Of a stretch of DNA of 64,000 bases, positions 1-13,500 are shown in pieces. The position numbers and the translations under genes were made by a program. Source of the DNA: the human T2T-CHM13v2.0 reference genome, Homo sapiens; NCBI RefSeq assembly GCF_009914755.1, contig NC_060933.1. One strand, given 5' to 3'. Every line of letters begins with the position of its first letter. The stretch's first letter is position 1. The notes under the pieces are model-generated. The model had not been told where the DNA came from. It did not search any database and saw only the letters and a list, made by a program, of their open reading frames with translations.

Positions 1-428
1 ATAAGCAAGGCTAGCAAGGTCAAACTCCAAGCAAGAAATGATGAAGACTTTGATTTGGTCAGTGATGGGGAGCTGAGAGGAAGTGGTGCATTTTTGAGAA
101 AGACTGATGAATTGTGTATTCATAAATCAGATAAGACACTGTATATTTCTATTTACCTAATTTTTATTATATGTACTTTAACATAGTTTTATACTTTAGA
201 TGGTTGGATGTGTTATAGCAAAGGACTCAAATTGTCTTAGTAGGTGGTGGCTAAATATTCATCAAATAGCTTTACTTTCTGTTGGGGTTTGCTCTTGAGT
301 TTATTTCAAATTATATGAAAGGAGAGAGAATGAATGTGAAAAAGGAAATTAGTAGTCTACTGTATTTTAATATAGCATGGGTTTTATTTGAATATGCCAA
401 GAAGATACAGAGTAATTGACAGTCTGAT

Positions 429-430
<2 letters not shown>

Positions 431-467
<37 letters not shown>

Positions 468-1125
468 TTATACTTTAAGTTCTAGGGTACATGTGTACAA
501 CGTGCAGGTTAGTTACATATGTATACATGTACCGTGTTGGTGTGCTGCACCCATTAACTCGTCATTTACATTAGGTATATCTCCTAATGCTATCCCTCCC
601 CCCTCCCCCCATCCCATGACCGGCCCTGGTGTGTGATGTTTCCCATCCTGTGTCCAAGTGTTCTCATTGTTCAGTTCCCACCTATGAGTGAGAACATGCG
701 GTGTTTGGTTTTCTGTCCTTGAGACAGTTTGCACAGAATGATGGTTTCTAGCTTCATCCATGTCCCTACAAAGGACATGAACTCATCCTTTTTTATGGCT
801 GCATAGTATTCCATGGTGTATATGTGCCACATTTCCTTAATCCAGTCTATCATTGATGGACATTTGGGTTGGTTCCAAGTCTTTGCTATTGTGAATAGTG
901 CCACAATAAACATACAAATGCATGTGTCTTTATAGCAGCATGATTTATACTCCTTTGGCTATACACCCAGTAATGGGATGGCTGGGTCAAATGGTATTTT
1001 TAGTTCTAGATCCTTGAGGAATCGCCATACTCTCTTCCACAATGGCTGAACTAGTTTACAGTCCCACCAACAGTGTAGAAGTGTTCCTATTTCTCCACAT
1101 CCTCTCCAGCACCTGTTGTTTCCTG
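431..1125 (-). mobile_element. 5'-truncated LINE-1 (L1PA4/5-like): 3' end of ORF2 plus 3'UTR, tail decayed to (TTTA)n
   Basis: ORF2p C-terminal peptides ([21 protein letters not shown]; ...FSLIGGN) on the - strand; TSD GACAGTCTGATTT 418-430 / GACAATCTGATTT 1126-1138. Confidence 0.95.
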
Positions 1126-2069
1126 GACAATCTGATTTTTTAAGAGAATGAATGAAAGCGTTCAAATAGGCTGCCCTTTGTCAGAATTTATGTAAGCATT
1201 CAGATTCTTAAGGTTGTGTTATTATACAACTAGGGAAAAATTTTCAATGTCAAAATGTGATTTAAAATATAAATATGCACTTAAAAATTTTGGAATAATT
1301 GACATATTATATGGGAAAGCCAAACTATGACAGTATTGTGACCTTCTTAGCTCTATTTCTGTAATATTTCCACTCTCGGATCAATCAAGTTCTTCAACTG
1401 AATGTTTAGTTCAAACTTAGATTCTGGAGACAGTCCTGTTTCTGATCGGAGAAAGTTAAGAAACCTGAGGAAGATAGCTTGGGAGGACCTATATTAAGTG
1501 TCTTTGGACAGGTATAGTCTGATCTAGTGTTCTTGATTTGTGAATTGGAATCCTGATACCAAACTCTAACTTGTGTCTCAGTTTCAGTGACGTGTTTTAA
1601 TTTTTGTCCTATGTCTTAACCCTGCTTTGATAATTCATCTAGTATTCCTGCTACTTGAGATTATAACTCATACTTTATGTCTATCTAGAACTGAAGTCCT
1701 CAAAATCTGGGGCCATGCTATCTGTTACTACGACTCTCTGACAATCCAACTACCTTTGTCCTTGAATCAGCGGCCTCCAGGTGTCACCCTACTCTGTACA
1801 CTGTCTACTGAGAGATTCACATCTATTCTATACTAGTAGCTGGATCTTATTGCTGGTCTCTTTTGACTTCTTCTGTCCATTTGCAGACTGTTCTCTGATT
1901 TCAAACCCTAACAGACCACAATCTCCTATATTTATGCTAAAATAATGGTTTTCAATTTTCCCCAAAATCTGTGGAAATGGTTCAAGTAGTCTATGTTTAT
2001 ATTTAATAAAATTTTACTTAACTGTATTTTTAATTATTATGAGCCCACCCCAAAGTGTCAACCCTATGG

Positions 2070-2290
2070 CAATAAAGCACAGATTCTGAAGTCAAGCTTC
2101 CAGGGTTTAAGTCCCAGCTCCAACATCACTCACTTGAGTGGCTTTACAGAAGTTGATTAACTTTTCATTATTTTAGTTTCCTAATCTGTGAAGTTGTTGT
2201 AATTAAATAATTTATTGTGGGGTAAAATAAGATTATTTATGTGAAGAACTCATCACAGTGCTTGAAACATTGTGTCGCAAATATTGTTAT
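2070..2290 (+). mobile_element. MIR SINE relic
   Basis: MIR-like core (gggtttaagtcccagctc...ttagtttcctaatctgtgaa...cacagtgcttga); boundaries approximate. Confidence 0.6.
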
Positions 2291-2329
2291 TTCCCACCTA
2301 ATAACCACTCTTACTTTTTCCTTGCAAAG

Positions 2330-3073
2330 AGAACCCAATGTTGTTCTGGCTGCAACAGCCCCAGGAGTTAAGTCAGGATTTGATTGAGCTGAGATAGGAT
2401 GCCACTTCACTTCTTCAGTGGGGGATCTAGGGTTGAGTGTATGAACAATGAACATAAGGAAAAGTCTTCTTTTCAGGAGTTTTGGGGAAAAGCATTACTC
2501 ACTAATAAAATGTGAAGAGGAAAGACCTTCCTAATTTTGCTCTGCCCTCTATCTTTCTGCTTCAAATTCTGTCACTGGAAAACTTGCCAAGTAGAGCTAC
2601 AGCATCCATCTTGCAACCCTGAAGCACCAAGATGGAGAATGAACATCAATGTGTTGAGGATAGTGGAAGGATGGGAAAAGCCTTTCTCTATGATGTCATT
2701 GTTGAGCCACTGAGCCAATTAAAGACATCCAAATTGTGGACATTTAGTTAAATTTACAAAAGTTATTATAGCCTAAACCAGGCATTGGCAAACTATGGCT
2801 TGTGGGCCAAATCTGGCTGTTTTTTTGTTTGTTTGTTTGTTTGTTAAATAAAATTTTATTGCAACACAGCCATGCCCATTCATTTACATGTTCTCTGTGG
2901 CAGCTTTCATGCTACAATGGCAGAGTTGTTTAATGGCAACACAGAATGCATAGCCCACAATGTGTAAAATATCTACAATTTGGCCTTTTGCAGAAAGAGT
3001 TGTGGACACCTTGCTTAAATCAATGTTAATTATATTGTCTTCTGTTTGAGGTTGAAAGCATCATAATGGATAC
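2330..3073 (+). mobile_element. Old MaLR LTR (MLT1J/K-like), interrupted by MER58A
   Basis: catccatcttgcaacc...gatgtcattgttgagccactg motifs and LTR-type end ...gcatcataatggataca. Confidence 0.55.
2779..3013 (+). mobile_element. MER58A hAT-Charlie DNA transposon
   Basis: caggcattggcaaactatggcttgtgggccaaatctgg start, aataaaattttattgcaacacagccatg core; degenerate 8-bp TSD gcctaaac/gcttaaat. Confidence 0.85.
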
Positions 3074-3665
3074 ATTGAAAACTTTTAATAAATATTAACT
3101 ATTATTGTTCTAGTAAAAAACACACGTGCAATGGAGTAACTTTCTTTTTCCCAGTTCTAGATAAATCTTCTGCCATCTCCTCTTATTTGAAGAGTATCCT
3201 GAGATGGTGAGAAAAATAGTTCATAATAAACAAAAAATTCTGTTCCCACTTTGCAGACATTCATATGTGGGAATTGAGACTTTTATTTATACCATAAAAC
3301 CGAACCGAAAAAAATTAGAAAGAAATTGTATGTAAAGCTTATCTAGGGCTGCACCTGTCATATGTACTTCTGATTTCAAAATGAATGTTCACTAAAATAC
3401 TTTCACTTTCGCCATTCATTATAAAAGTGGTTATAATGCATAACATTATAATGAGTATTTTATAAGGAAATACTACATACATTAACTTGTATTTACACTT
3501 TAAAATAGTCATCTATTTTACATTATAGGACACCAAGCAATATTGTACTTGAAAAAAATTGAAACAAATTCCATTCCTCAAAACACAGTTGAAAACCAAG
3601 GATGTAGAAATATTTTAGCTGCCTGTTTAACTTTGAAATCTTTAACTTTGAAATGAGGCCCTCTT

Positions 3666-5371
3666 ATATGAAGGACCTCTTCAAGGAGAACTACAAATCA
3701 CTGCTCAAGGAAATAAGAGAGGACACAAACAAATGGAAAAACATTCCATGCTCATGGATAGGAAGAATCAATATCGTGAAAAGGGCCCTACTGCCCAAAG
3801 TAATTTATAGATTCAATGCTATTCCCATTAAGTTACCACTGACTTTCTACACAGAATTAGAAAAAACTACTTTAAAGTTCATCTGGAACCAAAAAAGAGC
3901 CCATATAGCCAAGACAATCCTAAGCAAAAAGAACAAAGCTGGAGGCATCACGCTACTTGAGTTCCAACTAAACTACAAGGCCACATTAACCAAAACAGCA
4001 TGGTACTGGTACCAAAACAGAGATATAGACCAACGGAACAGAACAGAGGCCTAAAAAATAACACCACACATCTACACATCCGGTCTTTGACAAACCTGAC
4101 AAAAACAAGAAATGGGGAAAGGATTCCCTATTTAATAAATGGTGTTGGGAAAACTTGCTAGACATATGCAGAAAACTGAAACTGGACTCCTTCCTTACAC
4201 CTTATACAAAAATTAACTCAAGGTGGATTAAAGACTTAAACATAAGACCTAAACCCATAAAACCCTAGAAGAAAACCTAGGCAATACCATTCAGGACATA
4301 AACATGGGCAAAGACTTCATGACTAAAATATCAAAAGCTGTGGCAACAAAAGCCAAAATTGACAAATGGGATCTAGTTAAACGAAAGAGCTTCTGCACAG
4401 CAAAAGAAACTATCATCAGAGTGAACAGGCAGCCTACAGAATGGGAGAAAATTTTGCAATCTATCCATCTGACAAAGGGATAATATGCAGAATCTAAAAG
4501 GAACTTCAACACATTTACAAGAAAAAAACAAAAAACCCCATCAAAAAGTGGGCAAAAGATATGAACAGACACTTCTCAAAAGAGGACATTTATGTGGCCA
4601 ACGAACATTTGAAAAAAAGCTCATCATCACTGGTCATTAGAGACATGCAAATCAAAACCACCGTGAGATATCATGTCATGCCAGTTAAAATGGTGATCAT
4701 TAAAAATCCAGGAAACTACAGATGGTGGAGAGGATGTGGAGAAATAGGAACGCTTTTACACTGTTGTTGGACATGTAAATTAGTTCAACCATTGTGGAAG
4801 ACAGTGTGGTGATTCCTCAAGGCTCTAGAACTAGAAATACCATTTGACCTAGCAATTCGATTGCTGGGTATACACCCAAAGGATCATGAATCATTCTACT
4901 ATAAAGACACATGCACACATATGTTTACAGCACTATTTACAATAGGGAAGACTCAGAACCAACCCAAATGCCCATCAATGATACACTGCACAAAAAAACG
5001 TGGCACATATACACCATGGAGTACTGTGCAGCCATAAAAAATGATGAGTTCATGTCCTTTGCCAGGACATGGATGAAGCTGGAAACCATTATTCTCGGCA
5101 AACTAACACATGAACAGAAAACCAAACACCACATGTTCTCACTCATAAGCGGGAGTTGAACAATGAGAACATGTGGGCACAGGGAGGGGAACATCACACA
5201 CCGGGGCCTGTCAGGGGGTGGGGGGCTAGGGGAGGGATAGCATTCGGAGGAATACCTAATGTAGATGACAGGCTGATGGGTACAGCAAAACATCATAGCA
5301 CTTGTATACCTGTGTAATAAACCTGCACGTTCTGCACATGTATCCCAGAACTTAAAGTGTAAAAGAATAAA
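3666..5371 (+). mobile_element. 5'-truncated LINE-1 (L1PA7-like), disrupted ORF2 C-terminal half plus 3'UTR
   Basis: ORF2p peptides KDLFKENYK...RNRTE and [11 protein letters not shown]...; TSD AAATGAGGCCCTCTT 3651-3665 / AAATAAGGCCCTCTT 5372-5386. Confidence 0.96.
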
Positions 5372-7544
5372 AAATAAGGCCCTCTTTCTTAAGATCTTTG
5401 TTTAGTGCTGGAGTGTTTTTTTTTTTTTTGTATCTTAAACCTATTGAAATGCTTCACAATTTACTTAAGAAAAAGGCACCTATCATTCTGGTTATCTACT
5501 CTTAAAATACCAAAAGGTATTTGTAATAGAGGAGTGGTAAGTAGTCAAGTTATCCCTACCACGAACTGCTAAGGGACCTTGGTGAATTCCCTTCAACTCT
5601 CCAATCATTTCTTTCTTATGGCAATACCTTAGCAGGTGGTGTGAGGATCAGAAGATAGTGGTTTCTTAGTAAACACTTATTATCTAATTTCATAATGGAT
5701 TTGACACTACACTTATGATTTATAGCACATGTAGAGGTTTTGATGATTTTAACTGCAGATTGAAAAAAGTGGAGTCAAATAGGTTTTTTTTGTATTTGTT
5801 TTTAAAGCCTAAACTATTGAGTCTATCACAGGAAAAGAACATTATAAAATGAATACGTGATTGATCAAAAATAGCACATGTCAGTACCCCAGGTATAATA
5901 GAAGACTCTTGATTGCTTATGACAAAAAACAAACAAAAATACTAAACTTGGTTTTAGAAAAAAAATTCAATGGCAGATAAGCTAAAAAACACCTAGGGTA
6001 TAGGTCTGTGAGGGCTCTGTGGCATGGTTAGATACAGGGGTCAAAAAGCACTTTTATCATCTTTCTCTCTTTTTCTCCTTTCCTTTTTCATTTCTTTGCT
6101 TGGCTTTCTATTTATTGCTTGACTTTTCTCTGTAGTAGCTTTATTCTTACCTAGGTTTTCTTCCTATAATGACGTGTGGTAAGTCCAGGATAACATCCCA
6201 CCTATCTAGCAGTTCCTACAGAAGTCCCTGGTTATCATCCTCATCCTCCTACTGCTATGGACAAGGAGACCTAGTTCACATGTCCATTCCTCAAAACCAG
6301 TTGGTAGGCCTGCCCCAACCAAATTTCAAAGACTTAGAACAGAGTAAGGGCCGGCCTTGCAAAAGGAGAAGTTAGCTTCTGGCACAACAAGAAATTAGAA
6401 TGCTGTGAAGATACTCATATCTCTCACTTGCTGAGTGCATGATCTTGGACAAGTTATCAATCTTTCTTCAGCTTTAGCTTCATCACTTCCTATTGATAGG
6501 AAGAGTTACTCCAGAGGTTTAGGTTGATAATTCAATGGCCTAAGGTATTAGAGAGTGTCCTAGAGTTGCTGGCATATACCCAGCTGGTAGGTACCCTTAT
6601 TACATCTTTCCTTGCTTTCAGTAGCATGGAAATAAGATTTCGTGAGGAAGCCGAGTGTAAAATAGGAGCTGCTCTGAAATTCCTACCACAGGATCACTTT
6701 CCTTTTGATCTCATACATTTATACATGGAAATCATGAAAATCCGTATAATATTTCCTGTAGGTCTAGGCTACGTTAATGCAGCAAGCAAATATAACCTGG
6801 GGATAAGGTGGATAATTCAGCTCTTGTAGTCCGTTAGGAACAGTCAAATAACTCTATTTATCTTCCTGGTAGAAGATGTCTAAACCTAACTGTCATCAGG
6901 GATAAAAATGCCCGAAGGTGCTCAATACCTGTTACCTCCCACAGAATATTCGCCACCCCGGGCATAAAAGTCAAGAGGACTGTGGGACTATCAGTCAATG
7001 TGTTGATTAGTAATCTGCTACTCTCCTGTTTTGTCCTGTTAATGTGAGGACAAAAGCTGTGGTAGTATTGATACAACCTGAGGAACGCACAGCAATTTCA
7101 ATGTGTCGTTCGTCGGAATGAAGCCATAGCTATGTAGCCTTACAAGTGCTAAAAGCAATTAGTTGTAACTGATCTTGACTATCAAAGAAATGCATGGGAG
7201 GCTGGTTGTGTGGTGTGGTATCCTTTTAATTCCTGATTGATTTTTGCTGTAGGTTATTTTTTGTAATTTTTCTAATAACAAACACTGGGTGACAATAGCT
7301 TTTCTTCAAGCATGTATTGTGATCTTTCGTTTCTTGGTCCTGACATAATCCATTAGTGGCTACATCACAAGCCTGGATAAAAACACAGAGCAGGTCAAGT
7401 CCCATTACAATAAAAACTTTTGTTTAACAAAATGGTTCCCAAGTCCTTCTGTGGCAGAATTAATTCAGGCAGCATGAAATAAAGTATTTTGGTATCATAA
7501 ACGGTTTGGATTTTCTCTTTGAATTGCTCTTAAGTAATTATGAA

Positions 7545-8400
7545 ATCATTCATTGCTTATTCAATAATTTAAAATATCTACTGTGTCTACTGCTTGCCAC
7601 TGGGGTTCATGGCAATGAACGAAACATCTCTTCTCTGAGAGACATAATATTCTTTAGGATGGCAAAGACAATTGGATTAGTTTACTGAGACTGCCACAAC
7701 AAAATGCCGCAGTCTGGGTGGATGAAACAACAGAAATTTATTTCTCACAGTTCAGGAAGCTAGAAATTCAAATTCAAGGTGTTGACAGGGTTTGTTCTCC
7801 TGAGGCCTCTTTCCTTGACATGCAGATGGCCACCTTCTCACTGCGTCCTCACACGGCCTGTGTGCACATTCCCTGCTCTCTCTCTGTATGTCCAAATTTC
7901 CTCTTATAAGGATATCAGTTAGAATGGATTAGTGCTCACCTTAGTGGCTTCATTTTGACTTAATCACCTCTTTAAAGGCCCCACCTCCAGTGTCACATTC
8001 TGAGGTACTGAGAGTCAGTGCTTCAACGTATACATCTCTGTGGGGGTGCATAAATAATCTCATAATAATGTAAATTAAACCAGTGAGTATGTATCACTTA
8101 AGCTGGTACCCCAAAACTATAAATAAAAATAAGGCAGGGTAAATGATTGGGTAGAATGCTGGGGAAATTGTTTTAAACAGGACAGTCAAGAAAATCCTGT
8201 CTATTGAAATAGCATTTGAACAGAGAAATGAAGAGAAGGAAAGAAGAATGGGAATATTTGGGGGAAAAGTGTTTTAGGCAGAGGGCATTGTGTTCAGTGT
8301 AGTAGAAAAGAGCCTAGAGGCTGATATGGCTGGAGAGGAAAGTGTCAGGACAGAGATGAGAGCAGAGGGGTAACTGGTGATCATCATGGAAAGTTGTAGA
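7545..8400 (-). mobile_element. L2 LINE relic interrupted by an MLT1 LTR
   Basis: tcattcatt 3'-end signature at ~7545; gcatttgaacagaga...ggggaaaagtgttttaggcagaggg L2 body after the LTR. Confidence 0.6.
7672..8068 (-). mobile_element. MLT1B-like MaLR solo LTR
   Basis: aacaacagaaatttatttctcacagttc...tcacattctgaggtactg...cttcaac hallmark motifs. Confidence 0.85.
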
Positions 8401-8508
8401 GGCCTGCTAGGAAAGGGTAACAATCTGCCGGAGACAATAGATTCCTAAACCCACAATCAAGGCTCAGTGTCTTATATGCTAGTGTAGGGCCGTGCGGGGT
8501 GTTGTGGA

Positions 8509-8665
8509 CAGGACTGGCTACCTAATTTGTAGGGCCCAGTGCAAAATAAAAATGTGGGGCATCTTGTTGAGATGTGAAGATGGTGACATCAGGGTATTAA
8601 ACCAAATATAGGATCATTCTCATCTCAGAGCTCTGTGCAACTGCACAGGCCACATGCCCTGGCTG
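8509..8665 (-). mobile_element. MER45A-like hAT-Tip100 DNA transposon
   Basis: caggactggctacctaatttgtagggcccagtgcaaaataaaaatgtgggg...gtgcaactgcacagg matches the reverse of the recalled MER45A consensus. Confidence 0.75.
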
Positions 8666-8941
8666 TGGAAACATAAGAGAAAAATCTGGATTTACATACA
8701 TGCTTCTTCAAAGGTAAAATGTGTGTTCAGAAGCTGGGTAGTCTTGTGGAAAGTGTGTTTCTGTGGTTTAGATTTAAAATCTCAGTTAAAATCCCAGCTT
8801 CTTTGCTTTCTACCAGTGAAACCAACTGGTTACAAATTTCTCATTTGTAACAAGACGATAGTGAACCATGTCTTATAAGGTTTGGTTTTGGTCCAATTTT
8901 GCCAAATAATGGTAAAAAATGTTGGGTAAAATACAGGATTC

Positions 8942-9357
8942 TCTCGTAGTCCATTTTGTGTTGCTATAACAGAATGCCTGAGACTGGATAATATATAAAG
9001 AAAAGAGGTTTATTTATCTCACGATTCTGCTGGGGGAAAGTGCTGGCATCTGCTAGGCTTCTGGTGAGAGCCACATGCTGGGTCAAAGCATGATGGAGAA
9101 GGTCAAAGGGGACAGGAACACGTGTGAAGACCCAAGTGGAGTCCTGGCTTTATAACAACCTACTCTTGCAGGAACTAGTCCAGTTTTGCAATAACTCACT
9201 CACTACTGCTAGAATGGCACCGAGTTATTTATAAGAAACCTGTCCTCATCATCCAAAAAACTTCCACTAGGTCTTTCCTTCCAACATCACCACACTGAGG
9301 ATAAAATTTTAACATGCGTTTTGATGGAAACAAACAAATCATATCTAAACCATAGCA
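8942..9357 (-). mobile_element. MST (MSTB1/MSTC-like) MaLR solo LTR
   Basis: agtccattttgtgttgctataacagaatgcctgagactgg...atatctaaaccatagca; 5-bp TSD gattc/tattc. Confidence 0.85.
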
Positions 9358-10264
9358 TATTCCATAAAAAATCATCAAGTAATACATTTAATTTGCTTCT
9401 CTTTTACATTCTCTTTTGACATCACTTCCTTCCTATAATTCCTGAACAAGGAAAATGTTTTGTGAACTAATGGTAATGATTTACACTGGAAATGAAGATT
9501 ATTCACCTTTTTATAAATGCAGGAAATCAGTCTCATTTATATGATACATTTTATTATGGGCAAGAAGCCCAGGTGTCAGATAGTGTTTGCTTTGTCCCAT
9601 GACATAACCGAAAGTGTATGTTGATGGTCTTTATTACTCTGCAGTAATTATTTGGTAAAATGAGCCAATTCTAAGTGAGCCTCTGGTCTTGGCCTCATCC
9701 CTTTTGCTTCTTCCCCGCTTAGACAGTCATTTTCCTGTCCTTCTTGCCCAACTTTCTCCCCAAAAAGCAGCTGTATTTGTGTGTCTCATCCTGAGAGGGC
9801 AGGCAACTGGCTGCTATCAAAGTCACTCTGTGGCCTGGCCAGTGGGGAGCCATGAAGAACCATCTGCTGCAGAAATTGAGTGTCACCTCTGCAGTAGTCT
9901 TGTTTACAGAAAGATCATGGAGTTATTCTTAAACGAATATATGGTTTGCCAAAGAAAAGGACATAGTTTTAAGCAGTAAATAAGGAGAAAGCTGTAACCC
10001 ATCTTGGTAAGCTTGCATACTTAGCTGCATGGAAATAGTTTTTCTGTAATCATGAGCAATGACAGCAGGAAAGCACACTGGAAACACACCTCCTATTGAA
10101 TGCAGTCTCAAATATGAAAACATAAATGACAAGAACACCTAACTTGTGGATGAAAATCAACAAAAGTATTTGTAAAGTTTGTATTAATCATTTTAACTCT
10201 CAGAGCCTCCCTTTGTAGTATCATCCCAGTCATATCTATTGCCTCTAAGGCTCCAATTGCAGGG

Positions 10265-10500
10265 CGCGTTAAGGAAAAAGCATGGGCTTTGGCACCAGAC
10301 TGATTTACATTCAAATCCTCACTTTACTTACTACCTGGGTTTACATGAACTTGTCAAAACCTCTTGGGATTGTTTCCTCATCTATTAAATGGGCATCATA
10401 ATACCTACTTTAAAGGGTTGTTGGAAAATTTGGAGACAATCTAATGATTATCACAGGAGGAACTTGAATGTAGTAGATGATCAATAATCATTAGGTATTA
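10265..10500 (+). mobile_element. MIR SINE
   Basis: aagcatgggctttggc...ttcaaatcct...gtttcctcatctattaaatggg...ataatacctac. Confidence 0.8.
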
Positions 10501-13500
10501 TAATTAGCCAATATTAAGATGATTGCTTTTCGTTATTCTTACCCATACATGAGTACAATAAACTTACTACAAGAAATATAGGCATCTGACTAAACATACA
10601 GTTTTAATGGTGGTTGACAACACGGCTTAAGTTAACTCTTACTTGAATACAATACAATGCACGTTTTTAAAGTGCCAATTATGGGAAAATCATTGTCCTT
10701 GCATTGGGAGGTACATAAACAAACCCTGAATTCAAAAGTTGGTGGAATGATCAAGACATGAAGCTACTGAACTGTTAACTATTTTGCAAAAGGACAACAG
10801 TTCATTTCTCTATAAAATACTCTTTGAATTCTTTCTGTAGGACATGTTGATATTTTAGTTAGTCATATTTCTTGATCATAGCTCCACTGAAAAACATTTC
10901 ATAACTTGGTTAGGATTCAAAATTTTTATATTATTTTCTTTTTGGAAGCTGTCTCTCTGGTTGAGAACTCATTAAAAAAATGTATCACATATTCTTACCT
11001 AAAACTGAGATGTATCTTTCTTGATACTATTTCTAAATGAAAGCATGAAGATATTGAACCTAGCCTGGTGCTATAGGAAGAGAAGAACCACAGGAGGTAT
11101 GAACAAAAATAAGAAAAAGACAAAGAGATAAGACTTTAAAATGTCAAGAAATGAGGAGGGAATAAAAGGAGCAGCTTTAGAAAGAAAATGATGCAAAAAC
11201 TGGAAAAATATATAAGGGAAAATGAAAGGCAAAAGAAAAGTTAAGTAAAGAGAAAAGCAGGTGAAAAGGGAATTTATGTCAGAATATGTGGCCAAGTCAT
11301 AAGATCTTTGTCTTACTTTTGGTCTGAAAGAGGATTTTCTTGCTTGAAAAAATATTTTTAATCCATGACATTTGTTTTTTACTTACATCTCTTAGAACAT
11401 TTGAGAATCCTGGCCACTGATATATAAATCTATAGAATCAAACAAATTTTATGTAATTCTTGCTATTTTTAGAGATCTGCTGTTTGATCTCCTTTGAATA
11501 TAATATTAGCAGTAGATTTCATTAATGAACACTGCCATTCACAAAACAGTCCCCTCTTCCAGTGGGGCAAAATTAAAATTGTATTCAGCTAAATGAGAAC
11601 ACCAGGAATCACTGCTGCTACTTTGATAAATTGTGAGACTGTTCTAATGATAAAATACTTTCTAGTTCTCTTTATAAACAGTGGGCTCTCATCCTGGAAA
11701 TTCCAAGCCCTCACTGATGTCCAAAATAATAAGCACAATTGGAGGATTGGAGACCATTTTTCTCAGCATGGAGATGTACTCTTATTTCTCATCTCATGTT
11801 TTAAAGTGATTTTCGGAGGTTTTCATTTTGAGGCATAGATTCCGCAATAAAGTGTAGCACATCGTTGTTTTGACCACAGTAGAGTTGTGTTTTTTTAAAT
11901 GCAGTTTGTTCCATCTTTAATTTTCTAAACAAGATTCTGAAAAAATTTCTGGGAAGTTTTCAAGGGAATGATCTTACATCTTAGCATTGTGTGGCATTTA
12001 CATTTGTATAAGCCTACTATGGCTCTGAACAGAAATCTCAGTGAGTCAAAGAATAGGGTTTCTTTTAAAATGTGTTTATCAATAAAATAACTGGAAAATA
12101 AGTTTCCTTTCAAAGTTTTGAAATGACAACAACATCCTATTTGTCATGAACATGTCTGGCTGGTTAAAAACAAATAGAAAATTATTTTTATGTGTCTTCA
12201 AGATACTTTTGTAAAGATATTTTAAATTTGTATTTATTAATAAAAACCCAAAGTTAGAATACCAGTAATGCTTTTTTCTACCACCGTTATTTTCTTCTAG
12301 AAAATGCATATGATTAAAAGCAAATTTCCCTTTCTTCTCCTTAGAATACTGCTTTCCTTGATATTAATCTGACCATAAACAAAGCTATGAGACACTAAAT
12401 CTGTTTCTTAGCACCAAAGATACAACACAGAAAATCATCAAGAGATCCTCAAATCAAATTTTGCTTTGGCTATCAAGATTGGAAAAGAAATGATAGGAAA
12501 AAAAGTTCAAAGCCAACAGGAAGCTCTTAGAAGTCAAGTGTTATTATTGTAGCGTTATCATCAGTCTGATTCATTGCAGTAGTAATAGTTGAAATTGTTT
12601 ATAATCAAAGAGAAGAATGGAAGGACCACGTCATCGAATATTTTGTTGGGGCTCTTTAGGGCTTTTCACATGGAAGATATGTATTATATAAAATATACTA
12701 GTAAAAATTGATTTCTCACCCTTGGCACTATGTTTTTTTAAGACCTGTTAGCATATGTATTATTTTAAAAAGTAATTGGCTCCTAAGAAAGTAACAGATT
12801 TCGTTCAATAGTCTTCTTTTGAGTATTAATATCCTGATTAAACAAAAAATCTTCATAGTTCAGTCCCATGAACAAAGACTTCCCTTTAAAATGAACATTC
12901 TGTATCAACTCTAAATTAAGAACTTCTCCAGATTCAAACTCTGAATGGATTGTGTGACAGAGAATAGAACATGGACTCCTTAATCTCTATTCTTTTCCTT
13001 GTCTATTCTAATTTACTTGGTTGTATCACATTCCTAATTTCCCTCAAATCTTAGGGAAGACAGGAAAAATGGTCAAGTTAGGGAAGAAACGTGCAGACAT
13101 CTTATATGGAGCCCATAGAATGGATGAAAAAATTAGAGAACAATTTTAATTTAAAATCAGTTCAGCTCCAAAAAGGAAAGGGTTAAGCCGAGAAGGGATA
13201 GGTCTTGGCATGTGAGACACGTTTGTTTGGATTTGCCGGTCATGAAGTATTTCCCTTAGTTGGTCCACATCAGTTATTTATTTCTCATAGGTTATTCTGC
13301 TATGGACATGGTCAGTGCTCTTGTAGAAATGCTAAGATTTTTGGGTGAGGCAAATGATATCCTCTCTACAAGGTCTCTATTGGTAGCAGTCTGTGGCTAC
13401 TACAATGCTTTCTTTTCTAACCTGCTTTCCTTATCTTTGAATTTTGGAATGCTGCTCTGTATACTTGGTTACCAAGCTGATGTGTGTCTCTGGCCTGGAT

